Origin: the human T2T-CHM13v2.0 reference genome, Homo sapiens | Reading direction: 5' to 3' | DNA length: 64,000 bases | Assembly (NCBI GenBank): GCA_009914755.4 | Contig: CP068257.2 | Location: 43,680,001 to 43,744,000 of the forward strand | In this document: in pieces, positions 52,523 through 64,000 of the stretch | Numbering within the stretch: the first letter of the stretch is position 1 | Layout: the number at the start of each line of letters is the position of its first letter | The notes under the pieces: generated by a model | What the model was told of the DNA's origin: nothing | Databases searched by the model: none | Seen by the model: the letters and a program-made list of their open reading frames with translations, nothing else | Position numbers and translations under genes: made by a program

Positions 52523-54736
52523 TCAGCGGCGGGGCGGGTGGTGGTGTGCACTCGGCCCCTCTGAGATGCGAGGTTGCAGTATTGGCATGTATGAGAGGTG
52601 GTGCGTGAGCTGCTTCCAGGGAGGTGCTCCCACTGGGTCGCCTGGTGAGGGGGACAGCCTGGCGGGGTTGGCCGTGGCACAACCTCCTTCTGGCAGCGAA
52701 GGACCCTCAGGCCGAGGGCTGACCAGAAGTCAGCATGGGCTCAGATGCGTTTCCAGCCCACTATGGGAAGTTCACACAGAATTAAACAGAGGAGTGAGAG
52801 TCCGACCCCCTCCACCTGGCCCCGTTCTCCCGGCCACCTCACGGGTCCTTGGGGTTCAGACTCAGACCTGTGGGGTGAGAGAGAGCAGAAGGTGCTGGGG
52901 AGAGGAGCTGGAGGTTGGAGAAGGGAGGTTGGATGCAGTTGGCGGCCCTCCAGGCTCTGGAGGGTCAGTGGGGCCTGGGAAGAGAGCAGCCGCAGAGGTG
53001 ACTCAGGCCCAGCTGGCGGGGGAGGGACGCAGCCCTCACTGCAACTGGACGTGGGGTGGGGATCCCAGGCCTGGTCCTCCTGGCTCTGGAGACCAGCAAC
53101 CAGCCTGGCCTCTGGGGGCCACTTCCAGCCAGTGCAGTGCTGTGCGTCCCACGCCAGCCTTTCCCCGACCTCTGCACCAGTTCCCTCCACGCCCGGCCCA
53201 TGGGCATCCGGCCCCAGCCGCTCATTCCAGATATAAGTACACGTGAGCCCCTCTCCCACTGCTGGCTGCCAAGGCTGGGCTGTGGGGTGGCGCCTTCTAT
53301 CTCTGCAGATTCCTCTCCTCTCTGCCTCTGCCTGGTGAAACACTCCTCCATAACCATCATGTACAGTCCCTGACGACTGCACAAAGGCTAGGGAAATAAG
53401 GGGACCCCTGGGAAAGGTACTCCTGGGGGTCCCAGATGGGGAGGTTCTGATGCGTGTCCAGGCATGGCCAGCGTGGCTGAGGAGACGAGGCTGGGTGTCG
53501 CCTGGAGCTCCAGCAGGGAGACCAGGCATCCTGGAGGCTGTGCCTGGCCTGTCCGTCCCACACGGGGCAGAGCTAACCCAGGCCACATTGCTGGCCTGCC
53601 ATGCACTGTGCAAAAAGCATTTGGAGAGAGAAAGAAAAGTTTGTGTCCTCAGTTACAAGGCACAGGGTGAAGTCCTTGTCCTTGGGATCCCATGGTCAGC
53701 CCCTGGGCGTGGCTTTTGAGCCCAGTGGGTCCAGAGGGGACTCAGTGAGGTCTTGTCTTGCAGAGTGTGTGTGGCAGTGAGGGGAAGAGGTTCATCTGCT
53801 GCAGGGCCTGGGAACTCCTGACACTTGGTGTGGCCTTGACCACCGGGAGCAAACGCAGTGCACACGGCAACCGGCTCTGACAAGGCAGATGCTCCTGCCC
53901 AGGGCAGGTCGGACCCTGGCTGAGGGAGACACAAACCTGAACGGGCTCTGACAAGGCAGATGCTCCTCCCCAGGGGGTTTCAGACTCTGGCTGAGGGAGA
54001 CACAAACCTGGGAGTGGAGGGGAGTTTAGCACTGGATGGCCCACATGCAGCTAGGATGGCCGCAGTACCCAGGCTGGAGCGAGCGGCTTCTGGGGCCCAG
54101 GAGAGGCCCTCGAGCCCGCTGTCCTCCCGGCTGTCATCTCCTGGCAGGGATCTGCTGGGGAAATAGAATCTGACGCAACGTATTTTCCAACCCAGAAAAC
54201 CTCTTCAGAAAGGTGGAAGAGAAAAAGCAATTCTATTACTGAGTAAGCGTTAAAGCCAGAATGCGAGGTGCGGCTGGGGCAGCCCACTGAAGGCATCGCA
54301 GAGACAGAAACCTCACTCCTTACAGCCGAGTGAACACTGAGCACCTGTGCCTTCAGGGGGGTTTGCAGTTTGGCGAGTGAGGCCCGCTGCTCTGAGGCGC
54401 TAATCTCCCAAGGAAACGTTCCTGAGTTGAGCCTGGGCAGAGGCTTCCTTAGCTAGAAAACAGATTTACATACATTTGAAAAGGACAGAGAAAGACTTAG
54501 AAGAGAAGAGAAGAGGGAGACTCTGTCCTTATTCTGCACAGGGAGGACGGTGTGTGTCCTCAGTTCCTCGCAGGCCACCCTGCAGCTCTCCTGCTGGGCA
54601 GCCCATGGGACACAGAGCGAGAGGACGGTTTGGAGGTGGAGGAAGCGAGGGAAGGACCCTGAGTTGGCTGGGACGTCCAGGCACCGTGGGGATGGAGCCT
54701 TATGCCCGGGGCCCCTGGGAGAAGGGCTGTAGTGAG

Positions 54737-55432
54737 CCACAGCACAAAGGACATCCTTCCTCCCAGGTGCCCACCTTGTGCTTGCAGGATCCTGGGAGGG
54801 ACAGCGCCTCCTGACAGGTGCTTCCCAGTTGTGAGATGCAGCCATGTGGCTGCACATTGCAGGAGCAGGTTTCATCGCAGCCACGTGTTCTATTATGTAG
54901 CTGTTCCACCCCTACCCCACTGCCAGTGGTCGTCTGAGTTCTTTCCAGTTTAGGGGTATTGGGAATAATGCTGCTATAAACAATCTCATGTCTTTGGGTG
55001 AACACCAGTAGGTGCTTCCTACCCAGAACACACACTGAGGCCTAGGACTGCCGGGTCCCAGGTACGAAACGTTAGACTGGAGTGGATGCCGGCCACCGTT
55101 TTCCACACCGGCCGTGGCACTCTGCCCACCGCCTGGAACTGTCAATCTTTGAAATGTTGGCCTCTCTGGGGTAGGTCGGCGTCTCAGGGTTTAGTCTGCA
55201 CCTCCCGGACGATGGGTGAGGTTGGGCCCCTCCCACGTGCTCACCGGACACCCGCATCGCGACGCGCCTCGGTCTGTCCCTGCCTCTGCCAGGCAGGCGC
55301 TTTATTCTCATTGATTTGTCAGAGTTCTTCATACATTCTCGACACAAGTCCTCTGTGAATCCTAAGAAATGACACGTACGGTAGCTTCTCTCACTGTGTG
55401 GCTTAATTTTTCAGTCTTCACAGTGTTTTTGA
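54737..55432 (-). repeat. Right arm of the inverted repeat pair (partner 49148-49845)
   Basis: See the left arm. The outer boundary pairs 'caaaAacactgtgaagactgaaaaattaagccacacagtgagagaagctac' (rc) with 49148 onward. Confidence 0.9.
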
Positions 55433-55583
55433 TAACAGAAGTCCTTAAACTTCATGTAGTCCTTGTGATACACTCTTCTGGTATCTGTGTAAGATATCAT
55501 GATTATATATTTCCTTATTTCACATTCTAAAATCTCTATTATTTTATCTTGAGAGCAATAATCCATATGGAACTGATACTTTA

Positions 55584-56042
<459 letters not shown>

Positions 56043-56655
56043 CTACTTTGACATCATGGCAACTGTAGTGGCTTTCTTCTGCTTGGTGTTTAAATGATAT
56101 ATTTTTGCATTCCTTTACTTGCCATTTTTCTGTGTGTTTTTTGATGTATCCCCCATAAACAGAATATTACTGGATTTTGCTGCCTTCTCTAAACCAAGTC
56201 TGACAATGTTTGAGTGTTTGCTCACTTGCCATTGATGTAACCTCGAATATGTGGGGTTTCCACTGCCATCCTGCAGGTGGGCTTCCCTTCCTGTTCCAAG
56301 TTCCTTGTCTTCTCCTTTATCTTCTTTCTTGTTTTATTACCTATCTTTCTATTATTTTATACTCTCCTTCTATTCGCTTGCTTGCTACAGATTCTTTTAG
56401 TGTTCTATTAGTGGTGACTTCAGAAATTACAATATGCATCTTTGATTTTTAAGAATCTAATGGAAGTTAGTTTTTTACCTCTCCCCAGACAACGCCAGGA
56501 CCTTTGAACTCTTTAATTCCATGATTCCTTGTGATAGATAGAATGACCCCTCCCCCAAAGATGTGCTTGTTCAAATCCCTAGACCCTGTGAATATGTTAT
56601 GTTACATATTACACAATTGAAAAGAGACTTTTAATGAGGGTTGCGGTCTTATGAC

Positions 56656-56838
56656 ATCATCTGGACGGGCCCAGCCTGAGCACGTGAGCCTTCGAGGGCA
56701 GAGAACGTTCCCTGGCCCGTGCTGGAGCGATTCACTGGCTCATGATACGGAGATCATCTGGACGGGCCCAGCCTGAGCACGTGAGCCTTCGAGGGCAGAG
56801 AACGTTCCCTGGCTCGTGCTGGAGCGATTCACTGGCTT
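56656..56838. repeat. Tandem duplication, ~97 bp unit x ~1.9
   Basis: 'atcatctggacgggcccagcctgagcacgtgagccttcgagggcagagaacgttccctggc(c/t)cgtgctggagcgattcactggct' occurs twice head-to-tail. Confidence 0.9.
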
Positions 56839-59800
56839 GGAAAAGAAGGGGAGGATGATGGGGAATGTGGGACCTTCAGGAGCAGAAGCCCCAGCTGACA
56901 GCCAGGAGGGAGAGGGGGCCCTGGGCTCACAATTGCAAAAACCTGAATTCTGCCGACAACAATAATGGGCTCAGAAGCGGGTCCTCTCCCAGGCCTCCCG
57001 CTCAGAGCCCAGCCGGCCAACGCCTGGACTCTGGCCGAGAGACTCTCGGCAGCAAATCCAGTGGAGCCCCCCGACTTCTGACACCAGAAACCGTCTGTGA
57101 GTGCAGGTCTGCGTTCTCAAGCCGCTAAACTCACGGAGATTTCTACGCAGCTGCAGAAGATGAATGCATCTCCCTTCTACGCCTTCTGCTGTGGCGGCCG
57201 TGAGTGTTAACCCACTGCTTCTAAACCCGTGAAGCCTGTCATGTGACGCTGATGTCCTGTGACTCTGGTGGTCCCTACCCCCCAAGGCCTCCACACCCCC
57301 CTCTCTGTGCTGTGTTCTGTGGGCCACGGCCACCCCTCATCAGAGCAGCCCCCTGGGGATCCCTTCCAGTGGTTGGAAGCAAACACTTTCTATTTTCCTG
57401 TGTCTGGAAATGCTTGTATTTTGACTTCATTTTTACAGGATATTTTTCCTGGATATAAGATAGTTGGTTACTGAGCAATGACATAAATTACAATATTATT
57501 GACTTCAAGCCCAAAGGAAAAATGAATATACAGGAGTCCACGTTGATTTGATTAATGATTGAATATGTAAATTCATAAGAAGGGGCAACTCTTAACTACA
57601 GAAAAATTCCAATGGATAAATGTAAAAGGAATAAGGGAAATAGAAAATCATTGTTATGACATTACAGTAATAATTGCTGCTGTCACCACTGATAAATGCT
57701 AAAATTAGTGGACAGAATTTTAAGGAAAAACAGGATATTTACGTAACTCAACATAGCAGTTATTGCAGTGGCTGTAGCATGCGTCCTCACCCTCATTTAT
57801 CTCCCTGTTTCTAGGAGACGGAGCTTAATGTCACTCCCCTTGAGTGTGGACTGAATTTAGTGACTCAATTTCCAAGAATTGAGCAAGAAAAGGGAAAAAT
57901 AATAACTTTATGTTGGAGAAATGCACAGAGTTCACCTTGCCCAAGTGATCAAAGGTGACTTCACAGTGGTAAGTCAGGACAATACCCTGCACCCTGACGT
58001 GATGTCGTGAAAGGGCACTCGCGTACGTGGTATTCTCTCCACAAGTCCATAACCCACGGCAATTGTGAGTAAGCCTCAGACAAACCCCCACCGCGGGTCA
58101 CTCTCCGACATTGCTGGCAATCCTCTTCAAGAGTGTGCAGGTCATGAAAGGCCAGGACACACTGAGAAAGGGTCCCAGATGTGAGGAGACGAAGGAGATT
58201 TGACAGGAGAAGCATGATGGGATCCTGGAACAGAGCAAGAACGTTAGTGAAGAACAGGTGAAATGCTGCTAGAGCCTGTTGGTTCTTTGATAATAGCGTA
58301 CCAAAAACAATTTTTTAGTTTTGATAACTGTACCATGGTTATGTAATACATTAACACTGGGGAAGCTCAGTGAATATGTGGACTCTTGGACTATTTTTAT
58401 AACGCTTCTTGTGTAGAAGGTCTAAAATGATCTCAGAATACAAATTTAAATAAATTAATTTAATGCTCAAAACACCCTTGATTGGAACTTACAGCTGGCC
58501 CTCTGTATTCGTGGGTTCAACCAATCACTAATTAAAAATATTGGAAACAAAAATTGCATCTGTACTGACCATATGCAGACTTTTTCTTGTTATTATTCCC
58601 TGAATAACACAGTATACCGACTCTTTACATAGCATTTACAGCACATTAGGTATTGTAAGTAACACAGAGATGATCTGAAGCATATGGGAGGGTGTGTGGA
58701 GGTGGTATGCAAACACTGCACCATTTTACAGCACGGACTTGAGCATCTGCAGATTTTGGCATCTCCGAGAGGTCCTGGGACCAATCCACTCTGGATACCA
58801 GGAGACAGCTGCATTTTCTCTCTAAACTTTGTAACGGTCTCATTCCATTGTCTCCCAGCCTCCATCATCTCCTTGGGAAAGTTAGCTTAAGTTTTGTTTT
58901 CCTTTGAAAGAAGTTGCCTTTTTTCCCGTTTTTAAAATTTTGTCTTTAGCTTTCAGCAATCTGACTGTGATATGCATAGGTGTATTTTTCTTTGTATATT
59001 TGTCTTGAACTTGTCTGGGTGAGCTCACACACTGGGGTTGGCTGCGGGTGACTCAGCACCTGGGCGAGCTCACACACTGGGGTTTGCTGCGGGTGATCAG
59101 CACCAGTGCACACACACCTCCATCCCCCATCAGACTAGCCTGGGCATGGTCTAATGGTGGTGGCAGAGGCACTGCAGGGAACAAGTCCAGCCACACAGCC
59201 TCACTTCTGAAGCCTGGGCCTGGGCCATGTTTGCTGACACCCCTTTGGCCAAAGAGAGTCACTAGGCTGTATCATCATCAGAGCCTGGGGTGTCCCAAGT
59301 CACACAGCAAAGGTGGGACCCAGAGAGTGGGAGCATGAGCCACCAGTAAAATCTATGCACCAGATTCACTGCCAGTGAGAGGCCCATCCACTACTGCCTG
59401 CCGCAGGCCAGGGGGCATCAGGGAGCACATGAATACTTAATACTCATTTGGACTGACGGTGCAGAAGCTTCTGTGCCCCTTATCCTCTTAACACCCTCAG
59501 GAGGTGTGAAACACCCCCATTTTACAGAGAAGTAAAATCACTCACCCCCAGCACACACCAGGTTTGGGGCAGGGCCAGGGGCTGACCTAACAGTCATCTC
59601 TGGAGCTGCTTTGAGCTACTGCCATGTTCCATGGGGAATGTGGTAGATGGGCATTCCTGTCCCATGGACACCTCCGAGGTCACACGCCCAAGCTGGTCAG
59701 CTGAGAAATGCCATCACCCACCTCACCTAAGACCAGGGGTGATACCCTGCCAGCCCCCTGCCATCATCCTTTTCAAACTCAGACTCTTGACAGTAAAGCC

Positions 59801-61429
59801 CAGAAACCCTGGGTGGTCCCAAATAGAAGCTGCCCCTCAGCTATGGAGCTCTTGGCCTGAAGGCCAGGATCAGCAGCAGGGTCTGAGATGGGCCAGCCTC
59901 CTCAGAAACCCCTGCTTACTTCTCCCACCCAACTGAGACCAGCCCTGGGGTACAACCCTTAAGCTGGGTTTGGCTGTGGGCTCCTCCCCACGGGGGTCCC
60001 TCCTGATGAGGGGAGAGCTCAAGGTGGGGTTGCCACACTGTTCCATGAGCAAAGCCAGAGAAGCCCCCCCAGGACCCGTGGAGGTGCAGCTGGACCACAG
60101 CCAGGTGCTGCAGAGCCTGGGGGCTGGACTCCCCTGGGACGCAGGTGACCATCAGCCCAGTGCAGGCGCCGGCCCCTCCTGCAGAGAGTCCGTCCCAGGG
60201 TGGAAGCCAGGCTCCTTGGTGCCTCGGGTCCAATCAGCCCTCGTGGGGAAGGGGGACTGGATCAGGCAGCTCCAGGGGGAATTTGAGGGACCAAGAGGAT
60301 GTTGCCACTGGCTCAAGGGCAGGGCCTGCCCCTCCACCATGTCCAAGCACTGCCCAGAGCAGAGGAAAGCCCTGGAGGTGGATGCCGCCCAGAGGGACCC
60401 GCACAGCCCACACCAGGAGCTCTGGTGGAGGGAACAGAAGCAGACACCCGCATGGACACCACCCTCCTGCAGCGCTGCCCCCACCCCTGCCCCTCCCCTG
60501 CCTCCTCCCCACCCCTGCCTCCTCCCCTGCCCCTCCTCATCCCTAGCTGGGCTGCTGCAGTGGCTGATGACACTGTCCTGGCCTGGAGGAACAGAGACAC
60601 ATCCTGGAATTGTACGCTGGTCTCATTGTTGTGGCCCCTCTAGATCCCTGCACGGGGGTGTGGGCAGAGCCCACTGGGCTGTGCCGTTCTCTCCCCTTCC
60701 ACAGAGCCTGACCTTTCAGTAGCTGCAGACTTGTTCATGGTGGTTCCAGTGCCTGAACAGGGAGCACAGGAAAGCTGTGGGGCTGTGGGGGGCGGGGAGG
60801 GGAGGGGGCGTCTGTTGAAATGTTCTGTTCGAGATGGGAACTAAGTAACCTCCTTGGCCTGAAAATGGGCATTGGGAGGAAGCAGATTTGGGGACGGGGA
60901 TGTAAGGCTGGGAGGGGTCTGTGCGATCTCTGGGAAGCCATGAGGCTGGGCAAGATGGCCCAGGGAGTGATGAGGTGAATGGCAGAAGGGGCCAGGCACT
61001 GGGGTCTCCGACCCTATGAGGGGCATGGGAGATTGGCAGTGGGGTGTCAGGCGGGGGGTGGGAGAGCCAGGAGAAGCACATTCCAAGGACAGACAGAAAG
61101 AGGTCGGCTGACGGCCATGACTGGGAGGCTGGTGGGTGACTTGCTGGACAGACTTCAGCTGTGGGTGGGGCTGGGCATCTGACTGATGCCATGGGTGCAA
61201 GCAAAGGGCCGAGAGGAGCAGGACAGGACGGTGGGTGTCTGTCCTCCAGCACCACGCAGAGCAGGATGTGGGGAGGGAGGGAGGGGCTGGGTCTTCCTGA
61301 GTCCAGCGGCCGTAGCAGGGAGTGCACATATAGAGGAGGACACACTTGGGGATGCTGGATGGCGGGGACCATGGAGGCTCCCTCGATCTTCCTCATGGAA
61401 GGGGAGCTGAGGGTCAACCACAGAGGTGG

Positions 61430-61680
61430 GGGAGGAGGAGGGACACTGCAGGCTGGGGGATGGAGGAGGGGGAGGAGGAGGGACACTGCAGGCTGGGGGG
61501 ATGGAGGAGGGGGAGGAGCAGGGACACTGCAGGCTGGGGGATGGAGGAGGGGGAGGAGCAGAGGCACTGCATTTGGGGAATGGAGGAGGGGCAGGAGCAG
61601 AGGCACTGCAGGCTGGGGGATGGAGGCAGGGAGGAGCAGAGGCACCGCAGGCTGGGGGGGATGGAGGAGGGTGCCCCATC
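61430..61680. repeat. Minisatellite, ~40 bp unit (ggacactgcaggctgggggatggaggagggggaggaggag) x ~6
   Basis: Direct tandem copies. Source of the Gly/Glu/Arg-rich ORFs 61161-61900. Confidence 0.9.
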
Positions 61681-61880
61681 TCTGCCAATCACTGGGGACC
61701 CATTCCCAAGTCCAGGGCTCTGCCTTGATGAGCCATGCTCCAAGCAATCCTCTCTGGGGCTTTTAGATGAAATATCTGAAGACCAGAGAAAGGGGCAGTG
61801 GGGAAGAGGTCTTTGCAGACCACTCCGGGGACAGGAGAGGAAGAGAAGAGTAGAGCACAGAGATGAGGGGGCATCCTGCG

Positions 61881-62063
61881 TGGAGGTGGCCTGGAGATGA
61901 TGGCCTGGAGGTGGCCTGGAGATGATGGCCTGGAGGTGGCCTGGAGATGATGGCCTGGAGGTGGCCTGGAGGCAGCCTGGAGGTGGCCTGGAGATGATGG
62001 CCTGGAGGTGGCCTGGAGAGGGCCTGGATATGATGGCCTAGAGATGGCCTGGAGATGGCAGGG
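61881..62063. repeat. Minisatellite (12/24 bp units: ggcctggag(a/g)tg / atggcctggaggtggcctggagatg), left block
   Basis: Regular repetition of 'gatggcctggaggtggcctggagat'. It resumes at 62256-62335 after the NUMT. Confidence 0.9.
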
Positions 62064-62255
62064 AAATGCCACGTGGGGGGTACCAATTATTAAGGGGACT
62101 AGTCAATTGCCAAAGCCTCCGATTATGATGGGTATTACTATGAAAAAGATTATAACGAATGCATGGGCTGTGACGATGACGTCGTGGATGTGGTCATTAC
62201 CTAGAAGGTTGCCGGGTTGGCCTAGTTCAGCCCGAATAAGGAGGCTTAAAGCTGG
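62056..62255 (-). pseudogene. MT-CO1: NUMT: nuclear insertion of a ~200 bp mitochondrial MT-CO1 (cytochrome c oxidase I) fragment
   Basis: The reverse complement reads 'ctttaagcctccttattcgggctgaactaggccaacccggcaaccttctaggtaatgaccacatccacgacgtcatcgtcacagcccatgcattcgttataatctttttcatagtaatacccatcataatcggaggctttggcaattgactagtccccttaataattggtaccccc..'. It aligns without indels to human MT-CO1 'ctaagcctccttattcgagccgagctgggccagccaggcaaccttctaggtaacgaccacatctacaacgttatcgtcacagcccatgcatttgtaataatcttcttcatagtaatacccatcataatcggaggctttggcaactgactagttcccctaataatcggtgcccccgatatggc' at ~87% identity. Translated with the mitochondrial code it gives [53 protein letters not shown]. The in-frame tga (Trp in mitochondria) is a stop in the nuclear code. 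Confidence 0.85.
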
Positions 62256-62335
62256 AGGTGGCCTGGAGATGATGGCTTAGAGATGGCCTGGACAGGCCTA
62301 GAGATGATAGCCTGGAGGTGGCCTGGAGGTGGCTC
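62256..62335. repeat. Minisatellite (ggcctggagatg-type), right block resuming after the NUMT
   Basis: 'ggaggtggcctggagatgatggcttagagatggcctggacaggcctagagatgatagcctggaggtggcctggaggtgg' has the same units as 61881-62063. Confidence 0.85.
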
Positions 62336-64000
62336 ATCCCCTGTTGCTGCATCCTCATGGCAGCCAGGGGTCTTTTGGAAGGCCTGGCCAGCCACTGCTG
62401 AGCCACTTCCCCCAGCTTCATCCCCTGTGACTCTGACAAGCCCCCACCAGCCACAGGGATGAGCAGACCCTGCCCAGGGACACCATCCAGCTGCCCATGT
62501 GGCCCTGAGTGCTGGCTTACCTGCCTGCCTATGTCTCTGGGGGTCCCTGTTGGGAGCCCCGGCTCCCCAGCAAGATTGGTCCTCTCCTGGGTGGGGGCTT
62601 CCGCAGCAGCTGGAGAGAAGGGGGAGCATTCCCCATTAATTGAACCTGGGCTGAGTTTCTGTGGGAGCTTTGCCCTGGGAACCCATGGTGGCCATAAAAC
62701 ACCAAACTCAGATGTTGCAAGAACCAAACTCAGAGCCCCTGTGACATCAGTGGAATGAGAGCGGGAAACCAGCCCCTGGGGAATCGGCCATGTTCTGCAG
62801 CAGAGGGAGGGCATGTGAGATCCAACTGAAGCCTCTTCTGCCTTCAGCAAAGGCTGCGGTGCAATCCTGCATTCTTGTTCAGGCAAATGTTTTCCTTGAA
62901 AAAACCTCTTGATGATGAAGCCGGTTTAACTGGTGTTGACCAATGGGGTGTCAGCTTTGAAGGATGACACTGGTCAGCCTAGGAGGTCTTGGTGGTGGAG
63001 GCCAGGGGTCCTACCCAGACCCCGGGGGACCTGGCTGCTGGGCATGTTGATGGCTCCCTTGTTCAACTGCACCCCCTCTGGGAGCAGCCCTTGGTGAAGA
63101 GGATTGTAATACATGACCCCAAAATATGCCACTTTTGCATAAGAATTATTTTGAGCTGAAGGCAATTCAGAAGCTACAGATTCAGGAAGAGCTCTCTACC
63201 CTCCTTTTTCGCCTAAAAGCAGGGCATACATTTCTCTGGGTAAAGGTGTTCCCCTCTCCAGTACCAGGCAGAGGAGAATGACTCTTAACTACGAAAAAGC
63301 CCCTACCAAACAACACTTACCTCCCATGCATTTTTTAATCACCACCAACAATCTACCACCCCTAGGAGCCCAAACCCCCTTTTTCCTTTGTCCTTCTCCA
63401 CAATTTATCACCCTTTGTTAAAATGGTATATAAGTCCCCGTGTCTCATCCCTTCTTTGGGTTTTTGCTTCTTGTCTGTGAAGCTTCCGTGCACATAACAT
63501 TCAAATTTAAATTTAATTTTCTGCTATCTTTTCTGCTGCAAATCTGCCTTTTGTCAGTTTAATTTGCAAACCTCAGGAACAGAACCTGAGGGGAGTGATA
63601 AAGGTTTTCCTCCCCTAAATAAGCCAATAGGGAAGGATACAGTGTATAAAGGTCCATAAGGCCCCTGCTCTTATGGGGGCTACTTGGAAGGGCTACCCCA
63701 GCCCCACAGTGCCCAGGGGTTGGCTGATACCATAAATCTCCTGGGAGAATCAACACTTTGGCCTTGTGTTTTTAAAAACACAGATATGAAAGCAGGTACT
63801 AGCACCACGCAGAGCCCTTCCTTAGAGCGCAGAGGGGCCATTTCTCCCATTATCGGATTCCAACCCCACTTGACAGGTGGGAAACAGCAGATAAAGGACT
63901 CCAGGATGGGGCTTCCCCAGGCCAGAGAAAAAACTCAACCACCCAAAAGTACAGAACCCACCCAGGCTCTGGAGGGGTCCACGGCTGAAAATCCCATCTT

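Overview
This window is not prokaryotic. It is GC-rich, repeat-dense primate nuclear DNA, almost certainly human. The evidence is at least 14 Alu SINEs (several with intact target-site duplications), LINE-1 fragments of young and old families, MaLR/MLT1-type LTR fragments, a MIR-like fragment, one mitochondrial-DNA insertion (NUMT), and more than a dozen minisatellite or simple-repeat arrays. The arrays include a ~2 kb array of a 58-bp unit, a ~1 kb (CCAT/CCAC)n tract and a ~0.5 kb 20-bp array. I could not recognise a convincing protein-coding exon, rRNA, tRNA or CRISPR array. Nearly all long ORFs in the six-frame track are translations of tandem repeats or of Alu/L1 sequence; the tell-tale is periodic low-complexity peptides such as [26 protein letters not shown] and CVCVSVCL. 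The VNTR density and GC-richness suggest a subtelomeric-like region, but I cannot assign a chromosome without an alignment. I found no defence island, operon or other novel system, and I am not inventing one. The most noteworthy items are an old MT-CO1 NUMT embedded inside a minisatellite, a ~0.7 kb inverted repeat pair flanking a 4.9 kb spacer, the large VNTRs, and an ancient local duplication of a composite L1/MLT1 segment.
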